This document shows positions 1-7,989 of a stretch of 62,891 nt of DNA, in pieces. The position numbers and the translations under genes were made by a program. The DNA comes from Candidatus Omnitrophota bacterium (lineage in GTDB: Bacteria; Omnitrophota; Gorgyraeia; Gygaellales; Profunditerraquicolaceae): assembly GCA_049517335.1 (NCBI GenBank), contig JBEKSD010000007.1, positions 1-62,891 on the forward strand, written 5' to 3'. The notes beneath the pieces are model-generated. The model saw nothing but the letters and a program-made list of their open reading frames with translations. It was not told where the DNA came from and did not search any database. Every line of letters starts with the position of its first letter. The first letter of the stretch is position 1.

Positions 1-584
1 ATCCTTTTAGTCATATCTATGCCAATGCCTGGAGCCCAAGCACCAGGACTGGAAGTAGCGCCATTTAAATCTGCACCTAGTTTATTCGGGTCAAGATGCT
101 GGTATTTACCTGTTGGAACTTTAAGTTGGAACATACCATCTATATCTGGGAGCCAGCCTTTTTCTTCTATGGCACAATAACGAGCAAGCAAATAGCTGTC
201 TCCTAAACCAGCATCGTGGGCGCTTAAGCCTCCCTGCTTGATATAATTCTCTTGGTTAGTAATTTGACCGGCAATCTCGAGTTTTTCTGTAATGCCGTAT
301 TTTAAAAGCAATACTTCCTGATATTGATATGCCTTATCACCGCTTGGCAAAGTTTTATAATCACCTTTTGAATCAAATGAACCTCTTGTCATATTATAAA
401 AGAAAAAAGGCTGCAGCGAAAACTTATTTTTACCGCAGAGAGGTGCAGTCCAGGTAGTAATCGGGCCGGCAGAAGACGGATTCCACTCTTCCGGAGTTAG
501 AGATACCTCTTCTGCGAAGGCGTTTGTTCTTATAGCGACAAGTGCGAAATATATGAAAAACAAAAGAAAAGCCTTGCGTAGCAT
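1..584 (-). CDS. Outer-membrane beta-barrel 'transporter' (MetA/phenol-degradation-like), 3'-truncated by window edge
   Basis: Not in ORF track. Read manually from ATG at 584: MLRKAFLLFFIYFALVAIRTNAFAEEV (signal peptide) ...LKYGITEKLEI...GLGDSYLLARY...QLKVPTGKY, open to the window end. YG.T..LE, G.GD and .PTG motifs typify this family. Confidence 0.6.
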   Translation of the reverse strand, partial: MLRKAFLLFFIYFALVAIRTNAFAEEVSLTPEEWNPSSAGPITTWTAPLCGKNKFSLQPFFFYNMTRGSFDSKGDYKTLPSGDKAYQYQEVLLLKYGITEKLEIAGQITNQENYIKQGGLSAHDAGLGDSYLLARYCAIEEKGWLPDIDGMFQLKVPTGKYQHLDPNKLGADLNGATSSPGAWAPGIGIDMTKR

Positions 585-601
585 AATACTACTCCATTGG
601 C

Positions 602-1495
602 TTAGTTCTGAAAAGCTTGTTTTAAAACCTTAAGGTTGTCTTTCATTATATTGATATAGGCATCATAGTCATCCGGCCCGGTTACTGCGGGATCAAGAAC
701 GTATACTTTTGCGCCTGTTTCCTTAGCTATAGCTTCTATTGCAGCGGCTGGATACTGTGGCTCGCTAAACAATGCCGGAATACCGTTCTTTTTAATAAGC
801 TCAATGGTATCGGCAAGTTCTTTTGCGCTGGGCTCGCTCCCTGGCTCCCTTTCTACTACAGCCGCGATTGTTAAGCCAAATTCCTGGGCAAAATAAGGGA
901 ATGCCTCATGAAACGTTATAATTGATCTACCCTTATAAGGAGCTAATGCTGAATGCATCTTCTGACGTAGCGCTTCAAGCTTTACTACATAATTAGCCGT
1001 ATTTTTTACATAGAGTTCTTTGTGGCTAGGGTCAAGTTCTCCCATTGCCTTACCTAAATTTTTTACCTGGATTATCGCATTAGAAATACTCACCCATAGA
1101 TGCGGGTTATCTCCTTCATTCCCCTCCCCTTTGATTAAAGATATTCCTTCAGATAGCTGTATTATTTTCAAATTGGGATGCCGCGCTATAATTTTATCCA
1201 AGAACGACTCCATCCCTGCACCATTGGCCACAAAGACCTGCGCGTCAGTAAGCTTCTTCATATCATTAGTAGTAACTGTATAATCATGTAAACATCCAGT
1301 GAGCGGTGGGGTAAGGTTCTGAACTGAAATACCGGGAACATCTTTTGTGACATTTTTCGCCATAATATAAACCGGATAGAATGAAGCGACTACCTTGATA
1401 TCTTTAGCCTCAGCGACAGCAGCGCCGATAGAAATAAAAGAACAAACCATAAAGAAAATAGATAAAATGAACGCGGGAATACGATGTCTAAACAT
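602..1495 (-). CDS. znuA: Metal (Zn/Mn) ABC transporter substrate-binding protein, ZnuA/TroA family
   Basis: Signal peptide; CLHDY, NPHLWVS, TFHEAF and LDP metal-ligand motifs. Confidence 0.85.
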   Translation of the reverse strand: MFRHRIPAFILSIFFMVCSFISIGAAVAEAKDIKVVASFYPVYIMAKNVTKDVPGISVQNLTPPLTGCLHDYTVTTNDMKKLTDAQVFVANGAGMESFLDKIIARHPNLKIIQLSEGISLIKGEGNEGDNPHLWVSISNAIIQVKNLGKAMGELDPSHKELYVKNTANYVVKLEALRQKMHSALAPYKGRSIITFHEAFPYFAQEFGLTIAAVVEREPGSEPSAKELADTIELIKKNGIPALFSEPQYPAAAIEAIAKETGAKVYVLDPAVTGPDDYDAYINIMKDNLKVLKQAFQN

Positions 1496-1525
1496 ATTCT
1501 CTCCTTTTTAAGCTACAAAATTATC

Positions 1526-1819
1526 TTATGATATTTTGAAAACTAAAAAAGGGGGTGCGCGGGAAAATTGGGTAGCGAAACGAGGTACTGCTGGTAGAGT
1601 AAAAAAAGGTAAGCAGCAAAAATAGAAGAATGCGAAAAAAATCAATAACGACATAACAGAAGAAACAAAAACAGTATTATTATGCAACCAAAGGCAAATC
1701 GGGCATTCATGCCCATCATCTCCATCATGATGCAATCCGTGAGAAAGCGGGTGTAATATCACTATTCCAAGAAAAACAGCAAAAACAACCAGCAATAAAA
1801 ACGATGCTTTATTTCTCAT
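1526..1819 (-). CDS. DUF2946-like small membrane/leader peptide (His-rich, CxxC, C-terminal RAPP)
   Basis: Start moved to ATG 1819, overlapping the zur stop (ATGA). TM helix, HPLSHGLHHDGDDGHECPIC, SRAPP near the C-terminus. Confidence 0.7.
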   Translation of the reverse strand: MRNKASFLLLVVFAVFLGIVILHPLSHGLHHDGDDGHECPICLWLHNNTVFVSSVMSLLIFFAFFYFCCLPFFTLPAVPRFATQFSRAPPFLVFKIS

Positions 1820-2232
1820 TTGCACTTTGAACACAATCCTTCTATTTGCAATTGATGTGACTCTATCTTTGCATTAAGCTTATTTTCGATAAACCGTGAA
1901 ACACCTTTAAAATTACAAAAATCGACTTCTTCCACCTTCTTGCATTTACGGCACGTAAAATGGTGATGATGTTCGTACGGATGGGCGCAAAGCATATAAC
2001 GCAATTGACGATCTTCTGACAAAGACCGAATTAAAATGCCGGCTTTGGAAAGCTCATCTAATATTCGATAAACTGTAGGTAATCCCAAGGTAGGGAGTTT
2101 ATTTTTTAATTTCTTATAAACTTCGTATGGCCCCATGCACACACCACTATCCTCAAATAGACTGATAGCGGCCTTACGCCTCGGAGTTATTTTTAGTCTA
2201 TTATCCTTTAATGTTTGCAAATGAGATTCCAT
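1816..2232 (-). CDS. zur: Fur-family repressor, probably Zur
   Basis: ITPRRKA, GLPTVYRIL, HHHHFTCRKC and C-terminal GLCSKC; heads a znuA operon. Confidence 0.85.
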   Translation of the reverse strand: MESHLQTLKDNRLKITPRRKAAISLFEDSGVCMGPYEVYKKLKNKLPTLGLPTVYRILDELSKAGILIRSLSEDRQLRYMLCAHPYEHHHHFTCRKCKKVEEVDFCNFKGVSRFIENKLNAKIESHQLQIEGLCSKCK

Positions 2233-2244
2233 GCCTTACTCCAT

Positions 2245-2265
2245 AAATAGAAATCATTTCTATTT
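2245..2265. promoter_or_regulatory. Zur/Fur operator (perfect 10-1-10 palindrome)
   Basis: AAATAGAAAT-C-ATTTCTATTT just upstream of the zur RBS. It matches the B. subtilis Zur box AAATCGTAATNATTACGATTT at 16 of 20 positions. TTGACA (-35) on the minus strand at 2285-2290. Confidence 0.85.
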
Positions 2266-2290
2266 GTATCACAGGCTAAGTTTTTGTCAA

Positions 2291-2371
2291 GAGGTATTCT
2301 CTGAAAGGACCCAGAAATATTCCACAAGGGGGAAGACTCTCTAGACACAGCTATGGGGAAATTTGTGAGGT
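2291..2371 (+). repeat. Dispersed island repeat, copy 1
   Basis: 2315-2371 matches 5805-5860 at 52 of 57 columns. 2291-2319 (gaggtattc..aggac.ccagaaata) matches 5679-5715 and 5856-5893. Confidence 0.9.
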
Positions 2372-2452
2372 GACTCCCTTAAGAGGAACGGCGGGCGGGG
2401 TTATACTCGAGAAAAGGCGAACGGTCCCAAGCATTAATCTCCTCAGCGGAAA

Positions 2453-3424
2453 CTAGTTGCCTGTACCCGATTTTCCAACTTGTAGAGAACGAGGATTAGA
2501 CACGGACTCGTAATTCACACCCGCGATGTGTTCGTTCTGGATAGCTTGCTGCAGGACGGACAGGACGTCTTGGCACTGAAACAACACCTTGCGCTTCTGC
2601 CCCAGGGACATGGCCAAGGATCGAACGTTCGTGTTTTCGCGAGAGAGAACAAGGATACGGCCCCTGACCTCGCTGAACCGGGCGTAGTCCGAAGTTGCCG
2701 CTTCAAGATCGGGATCACTGTGAAGTTTTGGGAGCGAGGCCAAACCACCCAGATCCTTGCGGACCTGCTGATCCTCCTTGGCCATCAGTGCTTCCAACTC
2801 GTCCATTTTCTTATCGCTTTCTTCCGCGATATGCGGCGCAAGCAGAGTCTGTATGCGTAACGCTGCGGTCTGGGCGCCGAAAGCAAGCAGCGCCACATTT
2901 CCGGCCTCCGGGGATCCGGCGCTCTTCGCCACGAGCCTAGAGAGGACGGTGTCCATTTCCTTGAGCGCGTCAGCGGCCGGGCCAAAGGCCAAACTGTAAG
3001 CTTTGATGTTGGTGTTCTTGACTGCCAGACCCAGCAGGTCGTTGTCGATGTGTTGGAGGTCAGTAAAAACCTTGGAGAATTGCGCAAGACGGGCTTTTTC
3101 GCCCTGGGTTCCGCCAGCCACCAGGAGTTCCCCTAGTTCCTTGCGTTCCCGCTCCACCTCCGCCGTGGCTGCACGTGCCTGGTCTGCGAAAGTCTGTGAG
3201 TCTTGATCGGTGATTGCCAAGACCGCGCTCTTCTCAGCTTCTGAGGCTGAGGCCAGCGTTAAGCGCATCCGAGCTACCAAGTCTAGCCGCTTGGCCTTGA
3301 AAGCGAGTTGCTCGGCGGGGCTCTGCTCTGTTTTAAAATGCAGCACTACGAGCATAACCACGAGCAAAATCACCGCCCCGGTGGCCATCCACAGAAATTC
3401 CTTGATGCCGGGCTTGATTGTCAC
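2453..3424 (-). CDS. Membrane-anchored MCP four-helix-bundle-like sensor domain protein without a signalling domain; GC-rich
   Basis: GTG start with AAGGAG RBS. One N-terminal TM, then two helical repeats (ASEAEKSAVLA; LLAPHIAEESD..MDELE). Visibly higher GC than its flanks. Confidence 0.6.
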   Translation of the reverse strand: MTIKPGIKEFLWMATGAVILLVVMLVVLHFKTEQSPAEQLAFKAKRLDLVARMRLTLASASEAEKSAVLAITDQDSQTFADQARAATAEVERERKELGELLVAGGTQGEKARLAQFSKVFTDLQHIDNDLLGLAVKNTNIKAYSLAFGPAADALKEMDTVLSRLVAKSAGSPEAGNVALLAFGAQTAALRIQTLLAPHIAEESDKKMDELEALMAKEDQQVRKDLGGLASLPKLHSDPDLEAATSDYARFSEVRGRILVLSRENTNVRSLAMSLGQKRKVLFQCQDVLSVLQQAIQNEHIAGVNYESVSNPRSLQVGKSGTGN

Positions 3425-3442
3425 GATACGATCTCCTTATCT

Positions 3443-3508
3443 TTAGCAACCAAACTCCAATTTTTCTACAGCCTTATCTACATGCTCATCCGTTAGGTAA
3501 TAGTGCCT
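3443..3508 (-). pseudogene. Possible remnant of a tyrosine-recombinase C-terminus
   Basis: Reads RHYYLTDEHVDKAVEKLEFGC*, resembling the RY.HL..EH...AV..L tail of phage integrases. Short, with no upstream ORF. Confidence 0.3.
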
Positions 3509-3665
3509 CTACAAGATGAAGTAATCTTATCTAATGTCCCTTTCCCGTATCACTACGGGAAAGTATCTCTTATTTATATAGGTGTATTATAGCCTTAATA
3601 GTAGGTTATGGCAAGAAATTTTCGAGCTCAGAGATAGTATCCCTCGGTTATTTTCGGTGTCCAAG

Positions 3666-3778
3666 CGGACAAAATGGGCGAAATTGTGTCCGTTTTGTCC
3701 GGTCATTTTTGACCAGAAATTCTCTAACTTGTTGCTGCATTAGAAGATATGGATGTCCGCCTCTCTTGACCCGGACAT
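3666..3778. repeat. Cluster of TGTCCG/CGGACA hexamers forming inverted repeats
   Basis: cggacaaaa (3666-3674) / ttttgtccg (3693-3701); atgtccg (3753-3759) / cggacat (3772-3778); five hexamer copies in ~115 bp. Confidence 0.6.
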
Positions 3779-3789
3779 TGGTAAAATAT

Positions 3790-4572
3790 TTACTTTTTTG
3801 CCGAAACCTTTATGCTCGCAACCGCCTTATTAATTCCGTCTCTCTCTAAATCTGTCATGTTTTCAACAAGATCACTGATAACCTTATCTGTTCCTATATA
3901 ATCGGTAAGTGACACAGAATCTTCTCTTATAACAGTCACCTCTCTAAACCCTGCTTTTTTTATTTTATTAAGATAATCTTCTTTGTGTAATGCACCGGCA
4001 ATACAACCAGCATGCAACTCTGGTGATTTTAAAACCGAATCTGGTAAATCTGCAAGAAGTACCATATCAGAAACCATAAGCCGGCCACGAGGCTTTAATA
4101 CTCTAAATGCCTCATCAAACACTTTTTGCTTATCTTCCGAAAGATTGATAACGCAATTACTGATAATGCAGTCGGCTATACTGCTATCCAAGGGGAGGTT
4201 TTCAATTTCACCTAATTTAAACTCAACATTTTTAAAACCGGTCTTTTTAGCATTGGCCCTTGCTTTATTAATCATATCCTCTGTCATATCTATTCCAATT
4301 ACTTTACCTTTATTCCCCACTCTTTTTGCGGTAAGAAATACATCTATACCACCCCCACAACCTAGGTCAATAACCGTCTCCCCTTCTTTCAATGAGGCAA
4401 GTGCAACGGGATTTCCACAACCTAACCCCATATTGGCTTCCGAAGGAATAGAATTTAAATCATCTCTGGAATAACCAACCTTTTCTGAAACATCAGTGTT
4501 CTTAGAACCGCAGCAACAGCTCTTTTTCTTCTTGGCGATATCGCCATATACCGTTTTTACGAAGCCCTTCAT
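3790..4572 (-). CDS. arsM: Arsenite S-adenosylmethionine methyltransferase
   Basis: SCCCG, MGLGCGNP, IDLGCGGG (SAM binding), IISNCVINL and GCIAGAL motifs. Confidence 0.85.
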   Translation of the reverse strand: MKGFVKTVYGDIAKKKKSCCCGSKNTDVSEKVGYSRDDLNSIPSEANMGLGCGNPVALASLKEGETVIDLGCGGGIDVFLTAKRVGNKGKVIGIDMTEDMINKARANAKKTGFKNVEFKLGEIENLPLDSSIADCIISNCVINLSEDKQKVFDEAFRVLKPRGRLMVSDMVLLADLPDSVLKSPELHAGCIAGALHKEDYLNKIKKAGFREVTVIREDSVSLTDYIGTDKVISDLVENMTDLERDGINKAVASIKVSAKK

Positions 4573-4590
4573 ATCAGCTACCTTTCTTTA

Positions 4591-4911
4591 CTAGAACGTC
4601 ACCACTTTATCGCTCTCCTTGACTATTTCATACATGTCCTTCATCGTATTGATCGGGCAGATTTCCGTGCCTTCCTGATTACGGAACTTGATGCACGTTC
4701 CACATGCGAGAATTTTACCGCCCGACTTTAAGAACTTTTCTGCTTGCTCAACTGTGTTAAACTTTTCAGTGCTTATTTTCTGGTACTCAACGCCTTTACC
4801 GGTCAAAAAGACCTTCACTTCATCCTTCTGTCCAAGACAGAAATTGGCATACCTAAGTGCATTCCAGCAGGTTTCCGCATCGTTACTCGAAATAATCACC
4901 CCTATTTTCAT
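4591..4911 (-). CDS. DsrE/DsrF-like family protein
   Basis: VKVFLTGKGVE, ILACGTC, ESDKVVTF. Confidence 0.8.
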   Translation of the reverse strand: MKIGVIISSNDAETCWNALRYANFCLGQKDEVKVFLTGKGVEYQKISTEKFNTVEQAEKFLKSGGKILACGTCIKFRNQEGTEICPINTMKDMYEIVKESDKVVTF

Positions 4912-4925
4912 TTGCGCCCCCTTAC

Positions 4926-5291
4926 TTAATGACAGCCGTGCTGTGCGCAGGCATTCTCTACGGTTATTTCTTCGAGCTCTCCTGACTTGAATTTCTTGAT
5001 TATCTCAGCCACGGTTTCGCCGGCTGCCCGGTAGGCTTTAACATTGGCTTCATTTAATTTCTGCACTGCCCTCATTCCCATGCCTTGGCAAACAACCGCA
5101 TCAATAGATGATGTACCCAATACACCTATCGGATGACACATGCCATGAGAATGATGGGCATTGGTATTGTCAACGATCTTAAAAGTTTCTTTCTCTGTGT
5201 CATAAATAGTAAAGTATGGAGCACTTCCGAAATGCCCATAGACCTTAGCATTAAAACCTTCCTTATTTTCCGTGGGTATACATATTCTCAT
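4926..5291 (-). CDS. NifB/NifX (dinitrogenase FeMo-co biosynthesis) family protein
   Basis: VYGHFGSAPYF, HGMCHP, GMGMRA, C-terminal CAQHGCH. Confidence 0.85.
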   Translation of the reverse strand: MRICIPTENKEGFNAKVYGHFGSAPYFTIYDTEKETFKIVDNTNAHHSHGMCHPIGVLGTSSIDAVVCQGMGMRAVQKLNEANVKAYRAAGETVAEIIKKFKSGELEEITVENACAQHGCH

Positions 5292-5310
5292 TTTAGAACT
5301 CCTTTCTTAG

Positions 5311-5607
5311 TTATTTTACCTTTTTGACTATACCGCCTTCTATTTTTAACGCCTTGGCGTGCAATAAAACGTCCGCAATCTTCTTGTGGGCAGAATTAAT
5401 AATGTTTCCGAAGGTCTGCCGGGAAATATTCATTTTCTTGGCTGCGTCTTCCTGATAGAAACCATCAAAATCCGCAAGCCTAATTGCCTCTAATTCATCC
5501 AAAGTAAGATTTATTTCTTCCAGCATATCTACAGGTATACCTCGGGGTTTGAAGTAATTCGTATCCGGGCTACACCTTATTCTTCTACATCTACACGGCC
5601 TAGACAT
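5311..5607 (-). CDS. DUF134 HTH regulator
   Basis: MSRPCRCRRI, FKPRG, ELEAIRLAD, QEDAAKKMNISRQTF. Confidence 0.9.
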   Translation of the reverse strand: MSRPCRCRRIRCSPDTNYFKPRGIPVDMLEEINLTLDELEAIRLADFDGFYQEDAAKKMNISRQTFGNIINSAHKKIADVLLHAKALKIEGGIVKKVK

Positions 5608-5621
5608 ATACTTTCCTTTTA

Positions 5622-5667
5622 ATTATTGGCATATGCTAATAATAAAACAAAATACGGTTTTTGTCAA
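5622..5667 (-). promoter_or_regulatory. Sigma70 promoter with overlapping palindromic operator
   Basis: TTGACA (5667-5662), 17 bp, TATTAT (5644-5639). The 22-bp palindrome attattggcatatgctaataat (5622-5643, one mismatched pair) covers the -10 and start site. Confidence 0.75.
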
Positions 5668-5678
5668 GAATTTTAAAT

Positions 5679-5917
5679 GGGTATTCCCCGTGAGGACGGG
5701 CAGAAATACGGCGCGATAGACCGCGAAAGGCTAAAGATAAGATCAAATGCTAGTCCCGGCTGGGTGGGATGATAAAGCATTATTATTGGGGGTGATTTTC
5801 AAATAAATATTGCACAAGGGGAAGACTCTCTAGACACAGCTATTGGTAAATTTGAGAGGTATTCCCGATAAGGACGCCCAGAAATACGGCGCGGCAGAAA
5901 GACTCTCTATATACAGG
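5679..5917 (+). repeat. Dispersed island repeat, copies 2-3
   Basis: 5679-5715 and 5856-5893 are near-identical 37-38-mers. 5805-5860 matches 2315-2371. A further aagactctcta core lies at 5899-5909. Confidence 0.9.
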
Positions 5918-5953
5918 TAGATTAAACACGGCTGTTTCATTTTTTTGTTGACC

Positions 5954-6136
5954 CTACACGAGTTTATCCAAAAGCTGCATTGCTTTATCAAGCTCCCTTA
6001 GCGCATCATCAATAAAATATTCAGGAATCCGTTCCCTCTTGCCTGCTTTTAATTCTGCCATCAATTCCAGCGTAGTTTTAGGGTATTGCAGTCTATCTTT
6101 AATCTTAGCGATTATTTCTGCCTTGCTCATCTTCAT
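5954..6136 (-). CDS. Small hypothetical protein (60 aa)
   Basis: AAGGAGG RBS before ATG 6136, preferred over the track start 6169. Confidence 0.6.
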   Translation of the reverse strand: MKMSKAEIIAKIKDRLQYPKTTLELMAELKAGKRERIPEYFIDDALRELDKAMQLLDKLV

Positions 6137-6285
6137 ATAACTGCCTCCTTTTAAGGATGTATAGGCCATAACATCTGAAGGATTGCAAGGTATTTCTTAG
6201 AGGCTACCCGGGCTTATTTTCCTCTTTCATTTAACTTGATATCTCTTGAAACTCCTCGATTTTTAAAACTTCCTTCACTTAAGAA

Positions 6286-7989
6286 TTATCCCCGCCTCAT
6301 CCAACCATAGTAACCATAAGGAACCAAGGCTCCCTCAGCAGGCATAGCTGCGGCTCTTTTCATTCGCTCTTCCATAGTCAATACTTCTCCTGTCCTTTGT
6401 TTCTTTAGCGTTTCGTCTCCAGCAAAACCAAACGAAAATTCTACAATAGGCTGGCTGCATACCTCCACGACCATCTGAACCGCGTCCGGACCATCATCAT
6501 ATTTGCCTTTCGGAAAATACCTGAACTGGTCAAGAAGCGTCTGAAGGAACCTGTTGAAGATAAGGGTACCGTTTTTGATCAACGGATGCATAGACTGTAT
6601 CCGCTCCCTCTTATTCAAGGTGTTTTTGATCGGAATAATCTCCGTTTTATACAGGCCTTCCTGTTTTACGCGCTTTTCCAGGTCCTGAACCATGAGACTC
6701 TGGAAGTAATTCGCCTCGCCGGCGAATTTCTTTACCTTATATCTCTTACAATACGCCAGGATATCATTTACCGTATCATTCGGCGTTCTGCGCTTGATAT
6801 CGGCTTCGATTATATAGATTGTTCCGTCCCTTCTATCCCGCGCCGCTATGATAATCGCCGAATAGTCTCCCCTATTAGTGGATTCTCCCATAGCGGGATC
6901 GCATGCGCCCATAATATCAGCATTATCGCCCAGCCACTGCAACAGTTCTTCCGTAGAGCGGTACATATCGTTATAGTAACGAAATTCCGCGGGATTATAG
7001 AGGCTCCATTCGGAACTGACCGGCTCGTTCTGCTTCTCGGAGTCGAAGCTGCCCTCAAGCTCTGACTCGCGCATAACCATGAGCGAGTAATAGTCCTCCT
7101 TTTCTTCCCATAGGACCTTCGTTCCTTCGAGCATAGCGTCTTTGTTGGCAAGATAAAATGCAAGAGCAGCCTCCTTACCCATTACGCCATTGTACTGCTC
7201 TCTGTTATTGAATATGAGCTTCCACTGCTGCCAGAGATCTGTTCTTACAGCCCATTCGATCACGGATTTGTATTTACGCTTCTCCCATCCGGGCATGGCG
7301 TTTTCATCGATGAGCTTGGCCAGAAGCGAGTCGTAATGCTGTATTGTCCCTATAACCACGACGTTGGTCTTTGCAGAACCAGCCTTTAGGACGGCTTTCG
7401 TGAACCAGTCAAAGAGCTTCTGTCTTGAATCCTCAGACTGGGTATTTTCGTCATTCTCGATATCATCTACTATAATCGTGGACGGGCGCATGGCTTTATT
7501 GCGGCGCCCGCGGATTTTTTGTCCCGCGCCGAGCGCCGTAACCTTAACGCCGTTACGGGTCATGATCTCGCTTCTTGTCCAACGCTCCGGCTTAGGCTTT
7601 TGGCCTATTTCACAGACATCGGGAAAGCCCGCTATCAACCTCTCGTTATTCTCGAGTTCGTTCTTGATATGCGCAAGCATGGTATCCGCCTGATCGCCTG
7701 TATCCGATAAGAGCAGGATATAGCTATCCTTCTTATAGCAGATACACCAGAGCGGATAAATCATGCCGGCTATGGAGCTTTTGGCACTCCCCCTGGGCGA
7801 TGCGATCGCTAGCCGGCCTGCGCCTTTTGCCGCGATATCGTCAAGCATTGCGTAGAGCTCATCGTGAAATGAGCACGACTTCTCCTTCAGGTAGTGCGGA
7901 AAGTAGAGCTGCGCAAACACCCTTACAGACTTCTCTCCCGCCTCCCGGCGGATACGTTCCTCTTCGCTAAACAAGTTATTGTTCTTCAT
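6286..7989 (-). CDS. terL: Phage terminase large subunit
   Basis: Walker A ASPRGSAKS, Walker B IIVDDIEND, nuclease GACDPA and YDDGPDA. Confidence 0.85.
   Translation of the reverse strand: MKNNNLFSEEERIRREAGEKSVRVFAQLYFPHYLKEKSCSFHDELYAMLDDIAAKGAGRLAIASPRGSAKSSIAGMIYPLWCICYKKDSYILLLSDTGDQADTMLAHIKNELENNERLIAGFPDVCEIGQKPKPERWTRSEIMTRNGVKVTALGAGQKIRGRRNKAMRPSTIIVDDIENDENTQSEDSRQKLFDWFTKAVLKAGSAKTNVVVIGTIQHYDSLLAKLIDENAMPGWEKRKYKSVIEWAVRTDLWQQWKLIFNNREQYNGVMGKEAALAFYLANKDAMLEGTKVLWEEKEDYYSLMVMRESELEGSFDSEKQNEPVSSEWSLYNPAEFRYYNDMYRSTEELLQWLGDNADIMGACDPAMGESTNRGDYSAIIIAARDRRDGTIYIIEADIKRRTPNDTVNDILAYCKRYKVKKFAGEANYFQSLMVQDLEKRVKQEGLYKTEIIPIKNTLNKRERIQSMHPLIKNGTLIFNRFLQTLLDQFRYFPKGKYDDGPDAVQMVVEVCSQPIVEFSFGFAGDETLKKQRTGEVLTMEERMKRAAAMPAEGALVPYGYYGWMRRG

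Noticed and set aside
2291-5917. CRISPR array or integron attC/dif sites
   Set aside because: The repeats are few, irregularly spaced and lack unique equal-length spacers. There are no cas genes, no attC-type RYYYAAC/GTTRRRY palindrome and no XerC/D arms.
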